Origin: Actinomycetes bacterium
GTDB taxonomy: Bacteria; Actinomycetota; Acidimicrobiia; Acidimicrobiales; Ilumatobacteraceae
NCBI GenBank assembly: GCA_031430875.1
Contig: JANPCI010000431.1
Coordinates: 1-59,443, forward strand
Direction: 5' to 3'
DNA length: 59,443 bases
The notes under the pieces are model-generated. The model saw only the letters and a program-made list of their open reading frames with translations, did no database searches and had not been told where the DNA came from. Each line of letters begins with the position of its first letter. Within the stretch, counting starts at the first letter, position 1. Shown piece by piece: positions 17,323-26,889 of this stretch. Made by a program: the position numbers and the translations under genes.

Positions 17323-18777
17323 TCAGAGCCCGAGGATGTCGGTGAGCGATGCTTGAACGGCATCGCGGAAGTCACTCGGCGCATCGATGGCGGTCGTATC
17401 GATGAAGAGCCCGATGTCGAAGCCGTTCTCGTACGACAGCGCCGTGGCGTTGCAGGCGGTGCCGGCAACCGGACCCATCGACACGATCTTGAGCACGCGT
17501 GCTCCGGACACGTACAACGTGAACGGAGCGCCGCGGAGATTCGAGGTGGCGAAGTCGATCTTGCCGGCCGCCGCCCGAGCCGCGCTCGTGACCACCGAGG
17601 TGGGCAGCAGGTTGGCAACACCCGAGAGAGCGCCCATCCCACCACCGGTCGACATCGACTCCCGCTTCACCGCCAAGCGTTCGTGGATGTCGGCGATCCG
17701 TTCGTTGAGTGGCATCGAGCCACCGGGCACCTGGACCGGCACGGGCGTGAACGAGTTGCCCCCGATCGCACTGTCGTGGCGCGTACTCAACACGAAGCTC
17801 GTGTTGAACGCATCGACCTCGACGCCGCGGTCGGCGTGATAGCGGACCGCCCCCTCGGTCATGGCCGCCAGGAAGACGTCGTTGATCGTGACGTCGAGGC
17901 GCTTCGCTGCTGCCTTCAGTTCATCGAGGGGGACCGACGCGTGCTCGAGATGGCGATGCCGCGACCTCTCCTTCCACAACGGCGACCCACCGGCGACCTC
18001 ATTGCCCGACCCAGTGAGTGCGCCGATCGTCGACGTCAGCACACCCAGCGCTCCGTCGATGGTGTCGCGCGCCCGCTGCGGATCGGCCGGCCAGATGATC
18101 ACTTCGCCGGCCACCCGCCGCACCACTCCGAGTTCACGACGAACGAGATGCGCCAGCGACTGCCCGACAGTGGTGGCGAATCCGTCGGTGAGATCGCCGC
18201 CTAGCTGCTTGGCGTGGTGAGACTCCACCGCCGCGGCGACGATTGCGTCGAGGTCGATGTCGTCGGGCGGCGGAGCGTCCGGCTCGAGCTGCTGATACAT
18301 CTCCGCCATCCGCAGCTGGCCGATCCCGTCGGCCACGGCGTGATGCACGATCGACCAGATCGCAGATCGCCCACCCTTGAGCCCGTCGATCACCACGAAG
18401 CGCCACAGCGGCCGCGTCCGATCCAGCGGCTCCTGGTACAGCTGCGCGGCAAGATCGAAGAGTTGCCGTTCCGTGCCCGGCTTCGGGAGCCGGAGCCGAC
18501 GCATGTGGTAGTCGAGGTCGAACTCGGGGTCGGGCACCCACGCCGGCGGCGCCAGGCGACCGAGCCCGGGCACCACGCGCTCGTACAGGCGCGGCATCTT
18601 GGCGACCGCTCGACGCATCGTTCGCCCGAAGTGCTCCTCGTCGATCGAGCCCTGCAGGATGGTCAGCGCGGCCCCGCTCGGGTTCAGCCACGGGTCCTTC
18701 TCGATGTTCCACATGAGCGCCTCGTGATCGGACATGCGATCACTGAAGCGCTGCTCACGTTCTCGGGTTTCGGCCAT
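17323..18777 (-). CDS. Wax ester synthase / diacylglycerol acyltransferase (WS/DGAT) family protein
   Basis: 484-aa ORF with the HHAVADG active-site motif. GAGGA lies 4 nt upstream of the ATG. Confidence 0.85.
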   Translation of the reverse strand: MAETREREQRFSDRMSDHEALMWNIEKDPWLNPSGAALTILQGSIDEEHFGRTMRRAVAKMPRLYERVVPGLGRLAPPAWVPDPEFDLDYHMRRLRLPKPGTERQLFDLAAQLYQEPLDRTRPLWRFVVIDGLKGGRSAIWSIVHHAVADGIGQLRMAEMYQQLEPDAPPPDDIDLDAIVAAAVESHHAKQLGGDLTDGFATTVGQSLAHLVRRELGVVRRVAGEVIIWPADPQRARDTIDGALGVLTSTIGALTGSGNEVAGGSPLWKERSRHRHLEHASVPLDELKAAAKRLDVTINDVFLAAMTEGAVRYHADRGVEVDAFNTSFVLSTRHDSAIGGNSFTPVPVQVPGGSMPLNERIADIHERLAVKRESMSTGGGMGALSGVANLLPTSVVTSAARAAAGKIDFATSNLRGAPFTLYVSGARVLKIVSMGPVAGTACNATALSYENGFDIGLFIDTTAIDAPSDFRDAVQASLTDILGL

Positions 18778-18819
18778 CGGTGTCCTCAGGATCGTTCGGT
18801 CGTGCGTTCGTCGGGTTGG

Positions 18820-20259
18820 TCAGGTGTCGGTGCCGGGGCGGCGATCGAGCTCGGCCTCCGGGTCACCGTGATATCCGGCCGGATACGTCAGCGCCAATTC
18901 CTCCGGAGAAGGCTTGCGGCGCGCGCGGGCCTCCGGCGGCAGGAGTGCACTCAGCGCCTTCATGATCTTCTTCGTGTCGGCGTCGGCGCTGCGGTAGTTC
19001 AGCTCCACCGGGGGCCCGACCGTGGCAGTCACGAGCGGGCGATCGGTGAGCGACAGCTTCGGCAACCGCGAGCTGCGCGGCCACACCTTCTCGGTGCCCC
19101 AGAGCCCGACCGGGATCACGGGCGCGCCCGTCGCCGCGGCGATTCGCGCTGCGCCCCAGCGACCCTTCAGTACCGGGTCGAAGAATGCGAGGCCACGCGG
19201 GATGGTTCCTTCAGGAGCGATCATCAGGATTTCACCGGCCTCGACGGCGGCGATCGCCGCGTCGAGCGGCTCATCCGATCCGGTGCCGCGGTCGACTCGG
19301 ATCCCTCCGGAGGCCTTCATCAGACGACCGACGAGCGGAACGTCGAAGACCTCCTTCTTGCCGAGGCCCCGGACGTTGCGACCGGCCTTGGCGATCACCA
19401 GCGCCATCACGGTGGGATCGAAGTACGAGCGGTGGTTGAACACCACGATGGCCGGACCCGACGACGGAATGTTCTCGATGCCCTCGAATTCGATGCGGGC
19501 ATTCGGGGCCATGATCTGCGGCCGCACGAACGGACGGCCCCACTCCTGGAGTTCCCGGCCGGCGATCTTGGCGACACCCTCCGCGCGATCGAAGTGCGTC
19601 ACCGGCCACTTGCGGATGGTGGCTGCGATTCGCAGCTGCGTGTCCGGGTTCACCGCAACGGGGTGACCGACCGACGCGAGGAGCGACGCATCGAAATAGG
19701 AGTCGCTGTAGGCCCAGCTGTCGGACAGGTCGACGCCGTGCTCGCTCGCCCAGGTGGCCACGGCATCGGCCTTGGTGCGTCCCCACACGAAGGGTCCGTC
19801 CATCCGGCCGGTGAACACCTCGCCATCGGCGCGGTCCTCTCGTTCCCACCGGGTGGCGACGGTTGCGTCGAAACCCAGGCGCTTCGCGAACGGTTCGACG
19901 AACGGCCGCGGCGACGTGGTGGCCATCACGAGCAGCCGACCGGCGGCGCGGTGCTCCTCGATCGCCTTGGCGGCGCCCGGGAGCAGCATCGTTGCGAGTT
20001 CGTCAGCAGCGGCCTGCATCGCCGCGGCGACCGTTGCGGTGCTCCAGCCGGCCGAGGCCCGGCTGGCGAGCCGCGCCGGTTGCATCAACAGCCAGGTCTC
20101 ACCGAACTGCTCGTAGAACCGGGTGAAGACGTCGACGAGCGGCAGGTCGTGGCCGCCGCCGAGACCGTGCTCGGCAAGATGCTTGCGGAACACGGTCGCC
20201 GACGACGAGGTGATCAACGTCCGATCGAGATCGAACACTGCGGCCGCCTGTCGGGACAT
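18820..20259 (-). CDS. HAD-IB hydrolase fused to a lysophospholipid (PlsC-type) acyltransferase
   Basis: 479-aa ORF. N-terminal FDLDRTLI HAD motif. NHRSYFDP acyltransferase motif in the C-terminal half. Confidence 0.85.
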   Translation of the reverse strand: MSRQAAAVFDLDRTLITSSSATVFRKHLAEHGLGGGHDLPLVDVFTRFYEQFGETWLLMQPARLASRASAGWSTATVAAAMQAAADELATMLLPGAAKAIEEHRAAGRLLVMATTSPRPFVEPFAKRLGFDATVATRWEREDRADGEVFTGRMDGPFVWGRTKADAVATWASEHGVDLSDSWAYSDSYFDASLLASVGHPVAVNPDTQLRIAATIRKWPVTHFDRAEGVAKIAGRELQEWGRPFVRPQIMAPNARIEFEGIENIPSSGPAIVVFNHRSYFDPTVMALVIAKAGRNVRGLGKKEVFDVPLVGRLMKASGGIRVDRGTGSDEPLDAAIAAVEAGEILMIAPEGTIPRGLAFFDPVLKGRWGAARIAAATGAPVIPVGLWGTEKVWPRSSRLPKLSLTDRPLVTATVGPPVELNYRSADADTKKIMKALSALLPPEARARRKPSPEELALTYPAGYHGDPEAELDRRPGTDT

Positions 20260-20283
20260 GACCCCGACACTACGCGGTCTGGG

Positions 20284-22572
20284 TCAGCTGAGGTCGAGCG
20301 AAGTGATCGCGTGGATGATGCCGTTCTTCGCCACGATCTCGGGCGACTCAATGGTCGATCCGTCGATCGTCAACCTGCCGTCGGCTTGGACGACGAGATC
20401 GAACAGCTCGCCGCTCACCATCTCCAGCGGGGAGTTGGCAGGATCGCTCAAGGCGGCGGTGGTGAAACGCCCCTCTGCGGCGGTGCCGGCGAGAAGGGCG
20501 AACAACTCGTCGGGTGTTTGAGCGGCGATCAGCGCGTCGACGTCGACTTTCGCCGCCGCAAGCGCTTCGTCGGTCGGGGCAAAGAGCGTGTAGGCCACCA
20601 AGCGGTCGAAGTCGTCGGGATACCCCGCTGCCTCCAACAGGCGCAGGTAGCCAGTGAATCGCCCGTCGGCGGCGAGCGCTTCCTGCAGAGTCGGCTGCGT
20701 CGGATCCGGTGGCGGCGTCGTCGTCGGCGGCGTCGTCGTTGCGGGCGGTGCGGTGACCGGCGGTGTGGTCACCGGCGGTGCCGTCGTCGGCGGGACGGTC
20801 GTTACCGGTGGGACCGTCGTCGCCGGCGGAGCTGTCGTGGTGGTCGCGGATCCACTGGCAAGACCGGCGGCGTAGATGGCCTGCAGGGTGGCGGAGTCGA
20901 AGACACCGGTTTCGGGCACGCCGAGGTCACGCTGGAGCGCCTTGATGGAGTCAGTCAGTTCCTGGTTCCAGATGCCGTCGATCGGGCCGGTGTAGTAGCC
21001 CAGATCGGTCATCAACTGCTGGATGTCTTTCGTTGACTGGGCCAGCAATGCAGCGTTCTCACCGAGCGCCGTGGCCATGGCAGCCGCAGTCGCTTCGTCC
21101 CACACACCGGTCGCCGGAAGGCCGACCGAGGCCTGGAAGGCAGCCAGGGCAGCTTGGGTCTCGGACGTGTTGATGCCGTTGATCGGGCCGGTGTAGAAGC
21201 CGAGGTACTGCAGCGCCAGCTGGAGCTGGGTGTAGAACGCCGCTGCGGCATACGCCTCCTGCTGGCGGCGGATGTCGGCGATGTTCACGTCGGTGCTCTC
21301 GATATTGGAAACGACGCCACCTTCGAGCATCGCCGTGGTGAAGCGGGCGAACGTCGGGTCGCCGTTCTCGTCGAGCTGGATCTGGCCGGAGACACCGTCG
21401 TAGTTGATGTTCTCACCGGCGTTCAGCTTGTCGAGGCAGTCGGCGTAGGTGGTGCAGGTGACACCGTCACCGGTGACATCGACCATGGCCTGGGCGAGCG
21501 TGTCGGCGTCGCCGGCGTCAACCGTTGCAGTGGCGAGCGACAGCATGATGGCGCAGTCGTAGGCCTGTGCAGCGTTGGCGACCTGACCGTTGGAGTCGTC
21601 GTCGTAGAGGCGCTCGAGAAACGCCTTGTTACCCATCGCACCGAGCGCCTGGAAACCATCCACTGCGTCGGCCGACGTTCCGGCCGTCGCCAGGTCGGCG
21701 ATCCGCGGCTGGAAGAACGCGTCGAGACCGATCATCGTGGCCGGGTCGACTCCGGCGGTCACGAGCGCCGACAACAGGTTGGCGCCTTCTTCGTAGGTCA
21801 CCAGGATGCTCAGATCGGGATCGAGGGCCACCACTTCCTGGGCCGTGCCGGTGAATGTCACCCGGCGCGGGTTGTAGCCGATCACGGAGGGCTGCAGACC
21901 CGCTGACTGCAGGATCGCCGCGAGGCTGTTGCCGACCGACTGGCCATACGCATCGGTTCGAGCGACGATCGCCACCTTCCAGGCAGCGCCGGGGGCAACC
22001 TCGTCTCGTCGGCTGATGATTCGGCCAGCGAGATAGGTGCTCGTCACGTCGTCGGGCAGGACGGTGCGGACCAGAGCGAGCGGATCCTGACCGAGCGTTG
22101 CGCTCGGGAGCGACGCCGAGGCGCTGCACGCGGTCGAGCCGAGCGACGCGATTTCGTCGCGCACCTCGATGATGTCGGCCGATCCACCCGGACCGATCAG
22201 GGCCTGGGCACCTGCGTCAACTGCGGCCTGGACGTTGGCAGTCGGATCGGCGCCGGGCTCGGCGACCGAGTTCGTGATCGTGAGCGGGCCTTCGAGCACG
22301 CCGCCACCGTCGTTCACGTCGTCGACGGCGAATCCGCTGCCGCGCTCCTGGCCGAGGAACAGCGTCGCCAGCAATCCGGGCGACGGTGCGAGGAGTCCGA
22401 GCTCCATGCCCTCGCCGGTGAGGCCCTCCTCCGTGGTCGGAGCACTGGCCTCGGTCGTCGCCGGCGCCACTGTGCTCTCCGACGACGAGTCATCGTCGGA
22501 GCTGCAGCCTGCAACGATCACGGATACTGCGATCAGTGCACTGACCGGGCGATTCCACTTGCTGCGACCCAT
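20284..22572 (-). CDS. Lipoprotein: type I (Leu/Ile/Val-like) solute-binding domain, two PG_binding_1 domains, Pro/Thr linker and a fasciclin (FAS1) domain
   Basis: ATG at 22572 after GAGGAG. Lipobox VIVAGCSS. LGFYTGPINGI..T..ALAAFQ and LGYYTGPIDGI repeats. YTLFAPTDEAL ... NGIIHAITS. Confidence 0.8.
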   Translation of the reverse strand: MGRSKWNRPVSALIAVSVIVAGCSSDDDSSSESTVAPATTEASAPTTEEGLTGEGMELGLLAPSPGLLATLFLGQERGSGFAVDDVNDGGGVLEGPLTITNSVAEPGADPTANVQAAVDAGAQALIGPGGSADIIEVRDEIASLGSTACSASASLPSATLGQDPLALVRTVLPDDVTSTYLAGRIISRRDEVAPGAAWKVAIVARTDAYGQSVGNSLAAILQSAGLQPSVIGYNPRRVTFTGTAQEVVALDPDLSILVTYEEGANLLSALVTAGVDPATMIGLDAFFQPRIADLATAGTSADAVDGFQALGAMGNKAFLERLYDDDSNGQVANAAQAYDCAIMLSLATATVDAGDADTLAQAMVDVTGDGVTCTTYADCLDKLNAGENINYDGVSGQIQLDENGDPTFARFTTAMLEGGVVSNIESTDVNIADIRRQQEAYAAAAFYTQLQLALQYLGFYTGPINGINTSETQAALAAFQASVGLPATGVWDEATAAAMATALGENAALLAQSTKDIQQLMTDLGYYTGPIDGIWNQELTDSIKALQRDLGVPETGVFDSATLQAIYAAGLASGSATTTTAPPATTVPPVTTVPPTTAPPVTTPPVTAPPATTTPPTTTPPPDPTQPTLQEALAADGRFTGYLRLLEAAGYPDDFDRLVAYTLFAPTDEALAAAKVDVDALIAAQTPDELFALLAGTAAEGRFTTAALSDPANSPLEMVSGELFDLVVQADGRLTIDGSTIESPEIVAKNGIIHAITSLDLS

Positions 22573-22717
22573 GATTGCTCCTCGAACGTCGTACTGCTGA
22601 AAATCCACCGACCGACGAGCAGCCGTGAACGAAAGGTAACCCGGTATCGGCACCTCGGACTGGCAACTTGAGCAGGAATCCAAGAGTTCATTTGCGGTGG
22701 GTGGCTACATTCCGTGC

Positions 22718-23629
22718 GTGACCACTTCCCGCATGAAAATCGGCGTCCAGCTCCCCGAAGTCGAATGGGAAGTGCCGTTCGCCGAGCTGATCGCCATGGC
22801 CCAAATGGCGGAGGCCGTCGGCTTCGATTCGGTCTGGCTCGGCGATCATCTGCTGTACGAATTGGAGGTCGACGATCGAGGGCCGTGGGAGGTCTGGACG
22901 TCGCTTGCGGCGATCGCTGCGTCGACCTCGACAATCCTCCTCGGGCCGCTCGTGGCATCGACCAGCTTTCACGCTCCCGCGATGCTGGCCAAGCAGGCGA
23001 CGACCGTCGACGCGATCTCCGGTGGACGGCTCATTCTCGGCCTCGGCGCCGGGTGGAATCGTCGCGAGTACGACGCGTTCGGCTTCGCCTACGACCATCG
23101 CGTCGGCCGGTTCGCCGAGGCGTTCACGATCATCCGTTCCCTGCTGCGCGATGGCTCGATCGACTTCCACGGTGACTACTACGACGCCGACCGCTGCATC
23201 CTGCACCCACGATCGAGCGAGTCGGGCCCCCCGCTGATGGTCGGTTCGATCGGCGACCGGATGCTCGACATCACACTCCCGCATGTCGACTCGTGGAACA
23301 TGTGGTGGAGCCAGTACGGCAACTCGGTCGAGGGATTCCGCCGCGAGAAGGAGCGCGTCGACTCCTTGATCGAGGCGTGCGGACGGACCGGATCGATCGA
23401 AGCGACCGCAGCGGTGCTGGTGCAGCTCGACGGTGGCCAAGGTCGCCTGATGGGCGACTACGACGACTTCAACACCGTGCGCCCGCTGAAGGGTTCACCA
23501 TCAGCGCTGGCCGACCAGTTGCGTGAGTTCGAAGCGGCGGGTGCCGCCCACGTCCAACTGGTGGTCGACCCGATCACCCGAGCCTCAATCGAATGGCTTG
23601 CCGACGTACTCACCGCGTTCCGATCCTGA
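22718..23629 (+). CDS. LLM-class (probably F420-dependent) oxidoreductase
   Basis: ORF 22697..23629. MKIGVQLP... N-terminus. TACATT lies 6 nt upstream of the GTG at 22718 (leaderless-type); an ATG at 22733 is the alternative start. Confidence 0.8.
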   Translation: MTTSRMKIGVQLPEVEWEVPFAELIAMAQMAEAVGFDSVWLGDHLLYELEVDDRGPWEVWTSLAAIAASTSTILLGPLVASTSFHAPAMLAKQATTVDAISGGRLILGLGAGWNRREYDAFGFAYDHRVGRFAEAFTIIRSLLRDGSIDFHGDYYDADRCILHPRSSESGPPLMVGSIGDRMLDITLPHVDSWNMWWSQYGNSVEGFRREKERVDSLIEACGRTGSIEATAAVLVQLDGGQGRLMGDYDDFNTVRPLKGSPSALADQLREFEAAGAAHVQLVVDPITRASIEWLADVLTAFRS

Positions 23630-23633
23630 GGGT

Positions 23634-24890
23634 TCAGTCAGCGACGGCCATCTTCCACCAGCGTCGCAGGCGTTGCTCGTGGTGCCCGGCCGCGAGTACG
23701 ACGTGGTTGCCCAGCGGGTGTTCGAGCAAATCGCGCACGTTGCCCGTCGACAGCGCAACGGTCGCCTGGGTACGGCACAGGTCGGGGTCGTCGCTCGTGG
23801 CCACGATGTCGCCCTCGACGATCCAGCATTCGTCGAGGTCGGAACCGCCGAGACGCAGGAGCGTGACGGGCTGCTTCGCGAAGTGTCCGTGGATCCCCAC
23901 GCCCTTTCCCGACTCGAAGTGCGTGTCGAGGGAGAATCCGTCGATCATCGATGGTGCGACTGTGCAGTGGGCCAGGGTGAGCTGGTTGGCGACGACGTCA
24001 ACCGCTGCCGGATTCGCCATCCAGGCCGGCTGGTCGAGCAGGTACCGCACGAGCAGCATCGCCAGGGTCGACGGCACGTCGCCCTCGCATCCGGCGACGA
24101 TGCCCTCGTCGTTGAGGCTGGCCAGCGCGAGACATCCCGACGTTCCCGGATCGCCGAGCAGGTCGAAGCAGCGCACCGTCACGGCGTCGAGTTCGTGATC
24201 TTCGAGCACGTCGCCGAGCGCCGTCCGCACACTCATCGCCGCATCGACGTCGCGGGACCCCACGGTCGATCGGACCGGATCAGCCACCCTGGTGAACCGG
24301 TCGGCGAGTACACCGGTCGGAACCACCGGCGTTCGAGTCAACTCGATCATCCGGGTCGGATCGACCGTCACGAGCTGCGGTCCCCATCGACGCCGAACAA
24401 CATCTGCATCGGGACTGCTCGCAACCAGCCACGATGACGGTCCCCCGACAACGCCGAGGCGAGTCGAGTGGAATCTGCTGATCGCCTCGATGTCGCCGAT
24501 GACCTCGTCGACATCGCGCCGGTCGACGTCGGCCTCGCCCGACAGGCACACGATGCGGCCACGACCCCCGCCTTGTTGCACCGCGGCAAGCGTTTCCAGA
24601 GCAGCCGGCAGCGAGTTGTGCGCTCGATGGGCAACCAGGATCGTCGGTTCGTCTTTGTGCGACACGCGGCGATGGGCCAGGGCGTCGAGCACCATCCGCT
24701 CGGTGCCACCGGTTGCCACGAGGAACACCAGCGGCGCGTCGGCCAGACGATCGGCGTCAACCGCCTCGCGGCCACCGATCGAGTCCATCAGGGACCGGGC
24801 CGGCGCCGTCAATTCGGCGACCGCGGCAACGTCGTGAAGACGCGATGCCACGACCACGTAACCGAACCGCACCGGCGACTCGACGCTCAT
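23634..24890 (-). CDS. L-fucose/L-arabinose isomerase-like family protein (tentative)
   Basis: 418-aa ORF. The resemblance to the FucI/AraA-like superfamily is from memory only. Its ATG overlaps the stop of the upstream thioredoxin (ATGA). Confidence 0.5.
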   Translation of the reverse strand: MSVESPVRFGYVVVASRLHDVAAVAELTAPARSLMDSIGGREAVDADRLADAPLVFLVATGGTERMVLDALAHRRVSHKDEPTILVAHRAHNSLPAALETLAAVQQGGGRGRIVCLSGEADVDRRDVDEVIGDIEAISRFHSTRLGVVGGPSSWLVASSPDADVVRRRWGPQLVTVDPTRMIELTRTPVVPTGVLADRFTRVADPVRSTVGSRDVDAAMSVRTALGDVLEDHELDAVTVRCFDLLGDPGTSGCLALASLNDEGIVAGCEGDVPSTLAMLLVRYLLDQPAWMANPAAVDVVANQLTLAHCTVAPSMIDGFSLDTHFESGKGVGIHGHFAKQPVTLLRLGGSDLDECWIVEGDIVATSDDPDLCRTQATVALSTGNVRDLLEHPLGNHVVLAAGHHEQRLRRWWKMAVAD

Positions 24891-25306
24891 TGCATGGCTT
24901 CGATCCGTTGACGAAGCACATGTTCAGGTTGTGCACCCACGACGGTGTCGACCAGTTCGCCATCACGTATGAACAACAGCATCGGGATGCTTCGCGCTTC
25001 GTAGCGTTGCGCAGTTCGTGGCGACTCATCGACGTTGACTTTCACGATCTTCAACGAGTCGGCGAACTCCAACGACAGCTTCTCCAACACGGGGGCCACC
25101 ATCCGGCACGGTCCGCACCACGGCGCCCAGAGGTCGACCAGCACCAGACGCTTCGTGCCGATCGCCGTAGCGAAGTCGGCATCGCCAGCCTCCACGAGCC
25201 AGGGCAGATCGACATGACACTTGGCGCATCTCGGCGACCCCGATGCCGACGACGGCACGCGGTTCTTCGCCCCACACGACGGACAGACGACCACGTTCGA
25301 CTCCAC
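24887..25306 (-). CDS. trxC: Thioredoxin with an N-terminal zinc-finger extension (Trx2/TrxC type)
   Basis: 139-aa portion of ORF 24887..26110, from the GTG at 25306. CPSCG...CAKC then WCGPC. TATCGT lies 6 nt upstream of the GTG. Confidence 0.85.
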   Translation of the reverse strand: MESNVVVCPSCGAKNRVPSSASGSPRCAKCHVDLPWLVEAGDADFATAIGTKRLVLVDLWAPWCGPCRMVAPVLEKLSLEFADSLKIVKVNVDESPRTAQRYEARSIPMLLFIRDGELVDTVVGAQPEHVLRQRIEAMQ

Positions 25307-25362
25307 GTTTCTACGATACGGATGACCCGGCGGAGCCGACAGGGCCGATCGTCCCGTCGAAA

Positions 25363-25392
25363 CGTCACGTTTGACCCGGCACCGTGTGACGG
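25363..25392 (-). repeat. Family A intergenic repeat, copy A3 (inverted)
   Basis: Reverse complement of the A1/A2 30-mer. Lies in the divergent region between trx (start 25306) and the CHAD/CYTH gene (start 25406). Confidence 0.85.
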
Positions 25393-25405
25393 TTTGACTG
25401 GGGTG

Positions 25406-26878
25406 ATGGCGTATGTGCTCGATCCTGCGGGGGCGGTGCGGCGCGAGGTTCCTCGCGTTGCGGTCGGGCGTCTCGACGACGCGATTGAACAGCTCGACGC
25501 GGTGATCGCCGGCCCAGCCGACGGCGAGGCAGCCGACATCGAGGCTGCGGTGCACGAGGTTCGCAAGCGCTGCAAGGAGACCCGCGGCCTCGCCCGATTG
25601 GTGCAACCCGCACTCGGCGACGAGTTTCGACCGTTCGACCGGATCGTTCGCGACGCCGCCAACCAGCTCTCGGCGATGCGCGACGCGCACGCCCTCCTCG
25701 CCACCCTCGACAACCTGCTCGCGGCGCACGGCCTCGACGACCAACTCCGTTCGATCCGCGACCGTCAGGCGATCCTCGCCGCCGAGGCGACCAGCGCAAT
25801 CGAAGCGGGTGACGAACGGATCGTCAACGCGCGCAACCTCCTCGTCGAGGCCCGGGACAGATCGCGCGAGTGGAAGCTCACCGACGGATTCGACGCGATC
25901 GCCGAGGGCCTCACCGCCACCTACCGGCGTGGACGCCGTGCACTGCGAACGGCGCAGGATGATCCCACCGACGAACACCTGCACGAGTGGCGCAAGTCGG
26001 TGAAGCACCTCTGGTACCAGATGCGTCTCCTCCGTGAGGCTTCGCCGAGCATGATCGAACCACTGATCGACGAACTCGACGGGCTCGCCGATGCTCTCGG
26101 CGACGACCACGACCTCGCCGTCCTCGTTGCGTCACTCGACGCTGATCCCGACCGCTTCGGCACCAGCGACGTCATCGAACATGCGCGCCGCGTGGCACGT
26201 GAACAGCAGCGCGAATTGCGATCGCCGGCATTCCGAGCTGGGGTGGTGATCTACGCCGAGCGACCCTCGGCGTTGCGCTCGAGAGTGGAGGCCTACTGGC
26301 ACCTCGCCGGCGACGTCGGACCCGAACTGCCAACGGGTGGCATCGCGGCGCTCACGTCGTCACGCAGCGAGACCCCGCAGCGACCCACCTCCACCATCGA
26401 GCGGGAACGCAAGTTCCTCATCGATGTCATCCCGGCCGACCTCGACCTGGCCGACCGCACCGAGATGCGCCAGGGATACCTCACTGCGTTCACTGCCGAG
26501 GCCGCAGAGAAGCAGGCATCGGTGCGAGTGCGCGACGCCGGACCGAAGGGCTACACGCTCACGGTGAAGGCCGGCAGCGGCGGCGAGCGGACCGAACTCG
26601 AATGGGCGATCGACCGAGAGCAGTTCGACGCCGCCTGGCCCCACACCGAGGGGCGGCGAGTGGTCAAGACCCGTCACCGCATCCCGTTGAACGAGCACGT
26701 CATCGAACTCGACGTGTTCAGCGACGACCTCGACGGGCTCGTGTATGCCGAGGTGGAGTTCGACTCCTCCGACGCACTCGACCGGTTCGAGCCGCCCGCG
26801 TGGTTCGGCCGCGAGGTCACCGAGGACGGCCGATACACCAACGCCGCACTCGCCCTGCACGGCCGACCCGAGCAGTGA
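25406..26878 (+). CDS. CHAD domain plus CYTH (triphosphate tunnel metalloenzyme) domain protein, in the order CHAD then CYTH
   Basis: ATG at 25406 within ORF 24713..26878. N-terminal helical CHAD-like region (HEVRKRCKETRG, WRKSVKHLWYQMRLL). C-terminal ERERKFLI ... VYAEVEF CYTH motifs. Confidence 0.8.
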   Translation: MAYVLDPAGAVRREVPRVAVGRLDDAIEQLDAVIAGPADGEAADIEAAVHEVRKRCKETRGLARLVQPALGDEFRPFDRIVRDAANQLSAMRDAHALLATLDNLLAAHGLDDQLRSIRDRQAILAAEATSAIEAGDERIVNARNLLVEARDRSREWKLTDGFDAIAEGLTATYRRGRRALRTAQDDPTDEHLHEWRKSVKHLWYQMRLLREASPSMIEPLIDELDGLADALGDDHDLAVLVASLDADPDRFGTSDVIEHARRVAREQQRELRSPAFRAGVVIYAERPSALRSRVEAYWHLAGDVGPELPTGGIAALTSSRSETPQRPTSTIERERKFLIDVIPADLDLADRTEMRQGYLTAFTAEAAEKQASVRVRDAGPKGYTLTVKAGSGGERTELEWAIDREQFDAAWPHTEGRRVVKTRHRIPLNEHVIELDVFSDDLDGLVYAEVEFDSSDALDRFEPPAWFGREVTEDGRYTNAALALHGRPEQ

Positions 26879-26889
26879 GCAAGGAAACG

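Noticed and set aside
18214-21036. 940-aa plus-strand ORF
   Set aside because: It is antisense to three well-supported minus-strand genes (WS/DGAT, HAD/PlsC, lipoprotein). The sequence is low-complexity and Arg-rich.
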